Origin: Selaginella moellendorffii
Taxonomy: Eukaryota; Plantae; Lycopodiophyta
NCBI RefSeq assembly: GCF_000143415.4
Contig: NW_003314359.1
Location: forward strand, 628,058 to 668,137
Direction of reading: 5' to 3'
Length of the DNA stretch: 40,080 nt
Below the pieces are notes generated by a model. It was not told the DNA's origin and ran no database searches. It worked only from the letters and a program-made list of their open reading frames with translations. A program made the translations under genes and the position numbers. Position 1 is the first letter of the stretch. Every line of letters begins with the position of its first letter. This document shows, piece after piece, positions 1 through 9,927 of the stretch.

Positions 1-1446
1 TGGTCCATTTTGTCGTGGATGATGCAGAGGTAAGAGTCAGGTCTCTCCATGCGAGAGAATCCTGTTATGATAATATGCTGTCCTGCAGCTTCTCTGCTCG
101 ATGTTGTGGTCGAGCCGCCTTCTAACCAACGTCTCTCGCTCTTGAGCGCTGCAAGAATTCTTCGACAAAGCCATTTTGATAGCAGTGCACTCGTCACACT
201 TTGAAAAGCTGGAGTACTTTCCTATACTCACATCCCTGAACCTGTTGCTCCACAATCTACTAAATCTAGATTGGCTCAGCTTCCTGTAGCCATTACTCTG
301 GAGTTCCCGATTCACATCTTCCAATATGGCCCCCTTGGTATACATGGAAGGGAGAACTCGTTGGGTGTCTCGTGTTCCATCTTCCAAAAGGCGGGTTTTA
401 TGTGGTTGCTGCTCGCTACATGTCTCGACAAACCTCTTGAAGATTGCCTCTCCATATACAACATGACCCCTGGTTTTGTGCGTACCGTCGTTCCCATGGA
501 CTGCCTGTTGAACCCTTTGTTCCTCGAACTCAGTTTTGATTCTGTAGAATGTGGTTCGAGGGACTCCATAAATGATTCTCCATGCCTTCATGCAGACCAA
601 ACCCCTCTGGAAGACCATGCCCCCCACCTGATGTTCTGAAGCATCAACAGATGACCGTAATGCCTCATACACAAAATTGCGAGCTGCCTTCCAGGACAAT
701 GTCTTGTATCTTGCTCTCTCCTCTTCAATAGCATCCCAATCAGCATGTTGACAGCACCTCCTCTTGCAACAAGCAACTGTCGAGACCATTCGAACCTCCA
801 TCGCCATTTTCTGCCTTTTCGGTTCGTTGCTCAAATCCCTTTGGCTGCGCTTTAGGAAGGTGTACTTTCTTTTCCCATGAAGAGATGTTCTGTCATCAGT
901 TGTAGTGGTGTTTGATTGTGAATCCTTCACATTCTCAAACACTAAGTGCCTCAATTTCCACCGCACAATGCTTCCAATAGTCAGACTGTTTTCTTCTGTG
1001 TCAACAACCTCTAAAATCGCAACTCCAATATCATCCCAGCCCAATTCTTGATTAGCAACCGCATCTCTTGGATCGACAACTGTGGCTAAGCCCTCAGCTA
1101 CCACCTCCCCCTCGGGGTTGTTTAGAAACACTTTTGCCTGAATCCATGTAGCACGGTTCTTAAGATCCACGGAGGGAACATGCGTCGCACTTGCGCTGTC
1201 CCCAACATCTGCTTTCTTCTGAAGATTTTTCAAGGCAACAACAACATTTACCCCGACGACCATCTCTCCTCGTTCAATAGCGACCACATTCCCATCGAAG
1301 ACAGTCTCTACTGATACAGCAGCATTGCCTTCCCCAAGCCTTTCACAGTGTATAACAAAGTTCCGATCCATAGACACAAGGGTCCCTTTTGCAACTCTCT
1401 TCCCACCATTCAAAATGTAAACCTTTTCCCCAACCCTGAAGGCCAT
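1..1446 (-). pseudogene. DDE-type DNA transposase-like gene (DUF7869/Sola-like), +1 frameshift near 50, runs off the window start
   Basis: The 469-aa ORF has CCxxxCC, VCMKAWRIIYGVPRTTFYRIK (HTH-like) and GKYSSFSKCDEC motifs. Skipping one base after ...RILS continues as MERPDSYLCIIHDKMD to the window edge, resembling the IxxDxMDQ first catalytic-Asp motif of this family. A splice acceptor (1448-1449) lies just upstream of the ATG. The family name is from motif recall, not a search. Confidence 0.7.
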
Positions 1447-1810
1447 TCTGAAAGTGCAGAAAAGAAGTTAAGACCATACAAAAAATGATTGGAGAATGGC
1501 CTAAATCATAACATACCAAACAACCTCAATAGCATGAGGCCACATGCCATTATTCAAACATGCTATTGACACCCACGTGAAATTTCGCATTCACAAAATT
1601 GGCATGAGCCCTCATGCCATCTTGATATACACACAGCTGCAGGCAAGTAAAAACATACATGACAATACGCTAGCCATGAAATTGCAAGGGCCCAAGATGG
1701 CATGTGGCCTCATGCCATTTCTAAATGTGGTCCTAAGCCATTCCATGGTGAACATACTAGGAAGCACAAGTGCCGAATATCAAGAGGAAGCGGTAGCCAC
1801 ACCAAAGACA

Positions 1811-1945
1811 GTGCCGCTCGCAACACCGCAACTACTCGTAGCACCGCTCGCAACACCGCAACTGCTCGTAGCGCCGCTCGCACAAACTGCCACTCGCATA
1901 AACTGCCGCTCGCAATGGCGCTCGCAATGCCGCAACCGCTCGTAG
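1811..1945. repeat. GC-rich minisatellite (30-bp unit x2, then degenerate CCGCTCGCA units)
   Basis: CCGCTCGCAACACCGCAACTRCTCGTAGC occurs twice, followed by shorter CGCTCGCA repeats. Confidence 0.85.
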
Positions 1946-2316
1946 ACGCATAAACCACAGCCCACAACGCCGCTTACACAAGCAGCGCTCACTGCGCTCA
2001 GCGGAACCAAGAACACGGCGCACAAAAATGATAGACCTAGGAATGAGTTCGAGAATTCAAAAATAACACACGCTTGAACGTCACATCAAATCCTCTGACA
2101 AACCAGATCTTATGATTCCTCTGACAAATTTCAAACTGAGTAGCTTCTAGACTTTGCTGTCGGAGGTTGAACTTTGTCACATCATGTCCTTGCCTCGATC
2201 CAGCTGTGCCATGTCAGTGATTCGAACTTTGCCATGCCATGTCAGCGATCCGCGCCAAGATTATTCGCCGTGTAAAGGAATAATTACGCTGTGTATGTAC
2301 GTCCATTTATGGCAAT

Positions 2317-2384
2317 ATAAGGCCACATGCCATTCAAAGAATAATGCTCGACATAAGGCCACACGCCATTCAAAGAATAATGCT
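2317..2384. repeat. 36-bp tandem duplication containing the palindrome half-site
   Basis: ATAAGGCCACAYGCCATTCAAAGAATAATGCT occurs twice. Confidence 0.85.
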
Positions 2385-2777
2385 AGTCGAGCATTTTTTG
2401 GTGCATTTTTGGGTTCAAAATTGCATGAGCCCACACGCTATAAAGTTTACCTGTACCAAAAATAGAAACAGCTTTATTTACTTGGGAATTTAAGTGGTTG
2501 AGGCATTTTTAAACTTACAAACACATGCCCTACTTACATTCCTTTGGTTGCCTAAAATTCAAAAATATTATAAACCTTTCTTTTTGCATTTTCAATGTTT
2601 TCAATTATGGTTTTTGATTTTCGTAGGACCAACCTAGTAATCTATTTGCATCCCGTCATGTTTATAGCTAGCTTTCGTTCGTCCCCTTCGCTAGCCTGAG
2701 ATACATCTGCTCAGCATCTGCCTCTTACAGCATTTGCCCAGAAAGGGCATCTTTCTTCACGCAGCATTTGCCACATG

Positions 2778-2810
2778 TTTAGGGTTTAGGGTTTAGGGTT
2801 TAGGGTTTAG
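2778..2810 (+). repeat. Interstitial plant telomeric repeat (TTTAGGG)x4 plus partial unit
   Basis: Read directly from the sequence. Confidence 0.95.
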
Positions 2811-3027
2811 CAATTCAGTAGCTTGATAAACATGCAAATACAGAACTTGATGCAAAATCCTTTGATATGTCACAATGCCCCTAGGACTATAAACACATTT
2901 CAATAGAGAGGGTCCTTTCATTTCATAACTCCTTACGTAGATCTTGGTGAAACCAGAGTTAGTGAAGCTAGTTTCTTGTGATCCCGCATCTGATTGTGAT
3001 GTCCCTTTGCAGTTTCGATGGAAAGGT

Positions 3028-3609
3028 NNNNNNNNNNNNNNNNNNNNNNNNNNNNNNNNNNNNNNNNNNNNNNNNNNNNNNNNNNNNNNNNNNNNNNNNN
3101 NNNNNNNNNNNNNNNNNNNNNNNNNNNNNNNNNNNNNNNNNNNNNNNNNNNNNNNNNNNNNNNNNNNNNNNNNNNNNNNNNNNNNNNNNNNNNNNNNNNN
3201 NNNNNNNNNNNNNNNNNNNNNNNNNNNNNNNNNNNNNNNNNNNNNNNNNNNNNNNNNNNNNNNNNNNNNNNNNNNNNNNNNNNNNNNNNNNNNNNNNNNN
3301 NNNNNNNNNNNNNNNNNNNNNNNNNNNNNNNNNNNNNNNNNNNNNNNNNNNNNNNNNNNNNNNNNNNNNNNNNNNNNNNNNNNNNNNNNNNNNNNNNNNN
3401 NNNNNNNNNNNNNNNNNNNNNNNNNNNNNNNNNNNNNNNNNNNNNNNNNNNNNNNNNNNNNNNNNNNNNNNNNNNNNNNNNNNNNNNNNNNNNNNNNNNN
3501 NNNNNNNNNNNNNNNNNNNNNNNNNNNNNNNNNNNNNNNNNNNNNNNNNNNNNNNNNNNNNNNNNNNNNNNNNNNNNNNNNNNNNNNNNNNNNNNNNNNN
3601 NNNNNNNNN
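3028..3609. other. Assembly gap (N run)
   Basis: Run of N. Confidence 0.99.
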
Positions 3610-6600
3610 CACAAGAAAACCGTGGCAGCATCCATAACATTCTACTCGCGACAAAAGTTGTTTTTGACAAATGGGTAGATGTGCTAAGGAGGTACCATGA
3701 CGGGGAGTTGCTAAACTCAATGGGTGTGGAGGACGGCCGGAAGCCCAATGATTTGAAGCTCAACGCCTTGCGTTTCTCGCGGTCTCTAGACGACGACGAC
3801 CTTCTGACAGTGGCTAATGCTCTTCTACGTGGTGAGGTAGTCTTCAACAAGACCAAAATGACTCCCGGCCATATTGTGACATACGAGGACTTGTGCACGA
3901 CTCTGAGAGCTCGTGCGCTATTGAAGGATTGGATCTTCGAGCAAGTGGCCGTGGCGAGGGTGAGCATCGACACCACGCAAGAGATGATGGAAGAGCTGGA
4001 CTTGTCAAATGAAGACATCGACGAGTACGTGAAGGGGGCCCCCAAGTTCATCGATCTGCTGCGGGATGCCACGAAAAGTAAAGCTGAGAAGTTGGATCAG
4101 TATCCAAATTTCATTAAGAGGGATGTCGACCGCCGGCTTCAGAAACAGCTCGACCCCGCAGCAGAGGCCTATCGAGAACCTTACCGGGTATACGTGAATT
4201 CGGATGAGGATCAAAGGTGGAGGAGCATCGTTTCCCGTGGAGATGAGCAGGTCAAGAACATCTTTTGTGTGATGGACTTCACAAACGAGGAGATCACTCA
4301 TGCAGACGAAGTCAGCTCCATCATTGACTTAATGGTGGGACTTGCGGAGGTGGAATCTTCAGTCCACTATATGATCTACGACTCCGAATCCTATCGCAAG
4401 TTCTGGAAGGCCTTGAACGAGGTGAAGGCTCGGTTGAAAGGCAAGGAGATGCGGGAGATCCATGGGATAATGGCTAAGAAGAAGATACCGACGAATGTCC
4501 GCATCTTCACAGTCGCCCTTGTTATTGGTCCTGCAGCAGAGTGGGACTGGAGTGACTTCCCAGCTTCGTTCAACAAAGCCAATCGAATTGATCTGAGGGA
4601 GGTCAATTTACCCGTGCCTGAGGAACTGAAGACGGCTATGGAGCTTTCGAATCCAAAGAAAGCTCCAGGTGCAGCATGGGAAATGCTTAGCTGGGTCTTC
4701 AACGCAATAGCGGGTGACTCCAAGGGCAAATGTGTTGTCGAGTACAACTGCGGCGGACTATTCTTTCGAGCCGCACTACTCAAGGGTGTCCCGTGTGTTG
4801 CGGTGACAAACTCCATTGAAGAGGTGACTTCAATGGAGCATATAATTACAGTTGCCAAAGAAAAACAGTATCTTCTCTACGAACCTGGTGAGTACGCACT
4901 TTAAGTTTAAATGTTATCTCACAAGCTCTGTATGCAGGAGCGTGGCCACCCCCAGATGCTGAAACGGCATTAACAGCTACTGATGTTAGGCCGAGGTCAC
5001 AACCTGCACAAGGTAAGGTCACGTGAGGCCTCACGCCATTTTGATTATAGATCGTTGTGAATATTCAGACACGAGGACTGAAAAGCGCACTGGTGGCGCG
5101 TCGAAGAAGGACAAACAGACAAGCAATAGGAAAAAAGGAGGTACAAATTATATTTGCAATGGCGTGTGGTCTCATGCCATTCCTTGCAGGAGACACTTCT
5201 TCAAAGGCAAAACAGGCAAGCACCAGCCAAGCTCAAACTGACAGTGGTCATAAAAAGCGAAAGCACGTTGGACAGTCGTCGGGATCAGAGGCGTTTGATT
5301 CGAAAAGGAAGAAGGGCAACGAAAAGATGATAGGTAATGCCTCGCGGTTATGGCGTGTGTGCTCATGCCATTCATTGCAGATCAAGGGCTGAGTGAAAGG
5401 AGCCAGTCACCACCTTCTGACTCAGATTCCTATGGCGGACTCCCCTTCCCCAATCTCAATGGAGAGGTACAATGGATGAGGGATGCTTTTCAAGTCAGGG
5501 CCACGTTTTTCTCATCTCGTCGTCTTCGAAGGGTGCAAGAACGTGCAGAAACCATGTTAAGACAGTCGGGTGAGGATACGGTCCTAGGTCACGCACTAAA
5601 ATAGGCTATGGATGTCTTGTATTTTGAGATGGAGACTCGGCCAGATGATTTTTCCAAGATGGTCCTGGAAAAACAAGCAATCCAGCCTGAGCAGCCTATG
5701 GAAGAAATGCAAGAGGGGGATGAGGAGCCAGAGAAAGATAATGAGCAGGAAGAGCAGAAGGACAAAGAGGAGGACAAAGAAGAGGAGGACGAAGAAGAGG
5801 AGGACGAAGAAGAGGAGGACGAAGAGGACTTGGATGGTCCTCACAATGGTGACGATCACAATAACGACGATGATGATGATGACGATGATGGCCAGCCTGA
5901 GGTGGCCAAAGAGCAGCGGAGGAAGGTCATACAAGACAAACCATCAGGTAAATAATAGTACATCCATTCCTAACCTTTTACCATTTCTAACATTGTCCAT
6001 GTAGGTCGCAGAAGAAATGGTAAGTAGAGATTATTCAGTTGAATTAAGATACAAACTCTAGCCTTTAGTGTCGAGGAAGGATAGTGCCAAGCAAGGGTCG
6101 AAACGTATGTCCAATCCTTCAGAATCAGCAGTGCGCCCAAGTGATATCGGTCCTAGTTCCTCAATAGCAGTTGATGGTAAATACAGTATAGTCGATTCAA
6201 TGTGCTAATGAGTTTGTTTTTAGTAGCACGGGAGGATACCATCTCAATCGAAGGGAGATATTTGGACATGCATATGGATCCGCCAGTGGACTCTACTTGC
6301 CTGCAAGAGTCATCAGAGCTGGTGGAGGCTACTATCCATATCAACGCCAAGCAAGCTGACCACGCTCCACTTGATGCTGCCCATACCACTGAGTCAATCT
6401 TGTCCACGTATCCAACTGACGGTGACCAGGCGCCATTGGACCCGCATGAGGCCACCCCAGCCGCCGAGCCGGTCGTATCCTCATTTCCAACGTGTGCCCA
6501 ATCGTCTGACTACGCGCCGTTGGAACCTCCCTACACCGCCCCTGCTGCCTGTTCGGTCATGTCCACTTTGCCAACGGAGGCACCAGCTGAAATGGCGTGT

Positions 6601-7709
6601 GATCACACGCCATCGGAACCACCCCATGCCACTGTTGAGCCAGTTGTACCAGAGTCTACAGCTGAAATGGCATGTGCCCACACGCCATCGGATGCGATTG
6701 ACCCCACATTGCAGAGGAGAGTATTTCCGCCCTTCACGTTTCCTCGACCAAAACCCTCTGAACGACCATCGGGAGCACCATTCGCTAATATTGTAGATGG
6801 TAAAATTGACTTGTACCATTTTTTATGCTAACGCATTTCATTTCAGAGTCACGGCGAAAGTACTGTATCGTTTTTGATCTGAACGGTGTCCTTTTCTCCC
6901 ATGAGCGTGGCTCGTCCTCGAATGTCACTGCACCCTCCAAAGCCTGCGGTCGCAAGTTGGTCAAAAGAGACAGATTCACATTAATCACACGGGAGAAACT
7001 GCGGGATCTAATAATGACCATGCGACACTTAAAACAGAGGGCAGGGTTCAATTTGCAATTGGGAGTTTGGACATCCATGATGCGCCACAATGCATTAACG
7101 TTGCTACAGATGATGCACGATCAGACGCGAGTAATATTACCATTTGACTTTCTCCTAACGCAGGAGGATTGCTTGACTATGGTCCATGTGAGGGGTAGCA
7201 AGCCCATCTTCGTCAAGGCAGAGGCTGTAGTGATGAACCGGACTGCTAGGTCAAGTGAAATCCTCATCATCGATGACTCGCCGATTAAAACTGCAGTGAA
7301 CACGCACACATATGCAGTGCACCCCATCTCTTGCAGTATGGAAACTAGGGAGAAGAAACCGTATGTTCTGGGGGACCTTGCAAAACGGCTTGAAGCGATG
7401 GTGATAGAGAACCGGCCAGTCCAGGAGGTGGCTGCAGAAATCAACCAAATGGCAGATGGAACGGTATATCAGAAGCCATTTGATCGGACAGACACCAGTC
7501 ATCATTTATGGCATGTATATTGTCTAGCCAAACACTATCCGCATCTCCATAATCTGCTCAACCGGATGGGTTCTTCGACCACTGAACATGAGCGTGGACG
7601 TATTAGAGAAGAGATGGCATTACTATTGGGTTTAAATCCTGATAGTGTGGAGAGTGATGAAATTCCAAGATTATTGTATAGGCGTTGGAGGCAAAAAATA
7701 ACAGTCTGA
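3610..7709 (+). pseudogene. Spliced multi-domain cargo gene: degenerate amino-MTase-like domain + acidic/low-complexity linker + FCP1/NIF-like HAD phosphatase; one in-frame stop at 5602-5604; 5' end in or before the gap
   Basis: GT-AG introns at 4888-4937, 5013-5068, 5141-5189, 5334-5380, 5948-6004, 6020-6068, 6177-6223 (or 6226) and 6800-6846 join the separate ORFs into one frame. The last exon has CIVFDLNGVL, GVWTS and ILIIDDSPIK, motifs of the NIF/FCP1 family. Confidence 0.75.
5700..5890 (+). repeat. Coding acidic trinucleotide-like repeat (poly-E/D)
   Basis: GAAGAGGAGGAC units and GATGAT runs encode EEEDEEEEDEE...DDDDDDDD. Confidence 0.85.
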
Positions 7710-8098
7710 GATGGCATGTATTTATTTAAAAATGTAACTTATTATGGCATGGGGTTCCATGCCATTGTATTAATATTAAAAGACGATTCTTTGAGAGGAT
7801 TTGCATTATACTAGAAGTGTTACAGCATGTTATTGGAAGTCTACGAAGTTGTTTTATTAATAAGGGGAAAGTAAAGATTGAATGGGGACTTGGGCTCCAC
7901 CTAGACTCGGAGCAACTGAGCCAATATTAAAAGGATGGAAAGAAATTGGACGACGATGACAAGGAGAAGAGAGAGGTGAAGCAGTGAGAAGTGATTGAGT
8001 AGACATTTCCTTATTTAAAATAAAATGGCATGTGCCTCAATGCAGTTGAATTTTGTTATATTTATATACTATATAAAGGTTTGGAAACCTTATTTTAC

Positions 8099-8815
8099 AA
8101 GTGGGATAATGACAATTCCCACTTTAACGAAATAGAGCTTACTCTTGCTTGTCGAAGTACTTTATCGATGTTTTGGCTACCTTGAACAAACTCTATAGTC
8201 CATGATTCACCCAACTACTACACTGTTAGTCTAATTTGCCAAACTATGTTTATAGTTACAAAATTATCTGAAACACCCGTGTCAATAACGATCTTAATAA
8301 AGCTACCTCTAGGTTTCCCTTGGAGGGCTAGTAGATGTCATAAATGACTCTCTACCAAAGGTGCTTGTGTAATGAGTAACTTTGAGCTAGGAACTAGATC
8401 ATGCACCTTAGTTTAGATTTCACTTGACTTGATGGCCATATTGATTTTGACTTTCTTTAGGTAGGGACATTCCATTGAAAAGTGTCCCACTTCACTACAG
8501 TTGAAGCATATATTATTTCCCACGCTACTAATGCTTTATTTCGTTAAAGTGGAACTTTTCATTATCCCACTTATGGTGTGTGGCCACATGCCATTTTTAT
8601 AACAACAATAAAAAATTGAAGTTTTAGCTTTATAATTTATAAATTAAAAACTTTTCATATGATTTTGTGTTATAATATTGTGAAATATAAAAAATAAATT
8701 AAAAAACTGATAGAAATATTAATAAATATTAATTAAGTACTAGGAAATGGCATGTGGACACATGCTAATTAATGTCCCACTTTACTGAATATGTTCCACT
8801 TTAACGAAATAAAGC
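8099..8815. repeat. 40-bp inverted repeat pair with a third partial direct copy
   Basis: 8099-8138 AAGTGGGATAATGACAATTCCCACTTTAACGAAATAGAGC closely matches the reverse complement of 8533-8572. GTTCCACTTTAACGAAATAAAGC recurs at 8793-8815. Confidence 0.85.
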
Positions 8816-8829
8816 ATACTAGCAAACTT

Positions 8830-9885
8830 CACTTTTTTATTAGTGGGTTTATCCTTTTTTGGTTGAATCCCCTACGTACTTGTCCTTGGATTTGCATTTT
8901 CAAAACCCTAAGGATTTATTTTTAAAGAAACTCTTCTTGAATTCTTTTTGCCATATGTCCCCTTTGGTTTGGCTCCTTTGCTAAATATGGACCCCAACCT
9001 CGTTGTGTTCCCCTTTCATAGATTATCATTGAAATGCACTTTAATAGTTACATCCAATGCTTCTTTGTAGTTGGTTGGGTTCCAACGCATCACCTCGCCT
9101 CGAGCCCAGGTGTGTAAACTTGATATGAAAGCATGGAATGCATCCATATTGCCCATGTTCATGACAAGGATCCTCTTCGTCATAAATGCATTCACATATT
9201 TTTGAATGGTTCCTGTCTACTTCAACCTACTCATCTCATTCCTTAGATGCAGAGTAGCATTTAGAGGAACATAAGTTGCATGGATCCTCGCCTTCATAAT
9301 TTCTCAAGTGGCCACTAGTCCTTTGTTGGCCTCTGTTGTTCTCCACCAAGACTTAGCATTATCTAATAAATATGGTTTTGCATATGAGACCTTTTCTGAG
9401 GTTAATAACTACAATGCTTAAAAGTAATCTTTCATATTATAAAACTAATCCTCCACCACTTTATAGTTATTCACTCCCTTGAAAATTGATGGGGGCTTTG
9501 GTTTGTATTTAGGAACTACTTAAGGGATTGATTCCACTTCAGTTTGTTCAATTTTGTTTGGTTCTGCCTTAGTCCCTACTAAAGGGTCCACTCCTTTTGC
9601 ATTACCAGCATCTGCAAACTTTTGTTTTTTCTTCCGCTTCTCGTCATACTTTAGCATGCGTATAAGGGTCTTTAGTAGAGCATTAGTCTATGCCAATTAT
9701 CCTTCTAGAATGCACAATCAAGCCTTGGACGAATGAACTTTGAACTTCTATTTTGAAGTTTCCTCATTGGAATTTTCCTTATGCAAGGATTCTTCATCCA
9801 TAGCTTCTTATGCGATTAGAGGCTTTAGCTTTGGAGGAGGTTCCATATCCTCCTTAGTTCTGTTATTCCCTGCTTTAGCCATCTC
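8830..9885 (-). pseudogene. Decayed Ty3/gypsy gag fragment
   Basis: Minus-strand translation around 9520-9300 reads PKYKPKPPSIFKGVNNYKVVED*FYNMKDYF*AL*LLTSEKVSYAKPYLLDNAKSWWR, a retrotransposon gag signature with stops. Confidence 0.8.
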
Positions 9886-9927
9886 CCAGCAATCCGCCTC
9901 TATCCTTTGCTAGAACTAAGGAAAAAA

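Larger units (their letters stand above)
1529..8768. repeat. Dispersed 22-bp palindrome family, consensus ATGGCRTGTGGCCACAYGCCAT
   Basis: Copies at 1529-1550, 1599-1620, 1697-1718, 5018-5039, 5159-5180, 5350-5371, 6592-6613 (perfect palindrome), 6667-6688, 7744-7765, ~8025-8046 (degenerate), 8573-8594, 8747-8768. Partial copies near 2315-2333, 2352-2369, 2422-2440. Confidence 0.92.
1..8822. mobile_element. Putative large cargo-carrying DNA transposon (left end outside window, right end approximate)
   Basis: Transposase-like gene plus a divergent cargo gene. The shared 22-bp palindrome occurs from 1529 to 8768. Clustered inverted/direct repeats at 8099-8815 are followed by unrelated gag sequence. 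Confidence 0.5.

Noticed and set aside
1544-2025. Overlapping ORFs on both strands
   Set aside because: Produced by a GC-rich stop-poor minisatellite with no domain evidence; could be UTR.
2793-4072. Long ORFs spanning the first N-run
   Set aside because: Their lengths are artefacts of X translation; only the plus frame from 3610 has real coding support.
1529-8768. CRISPR-like interpretation of the palindromic repeats
   Set aside because: Spacing is irregular (tens to thousands of bp), the context is eukaryotic, and there are no cas genes.
8745-8822. Helitron 3' end (hairpin + CTAG)
   Set aside because: CTAG is followed by C rather than T, the hairpin is ~50 bp away, and no Rep/helicase is visible.
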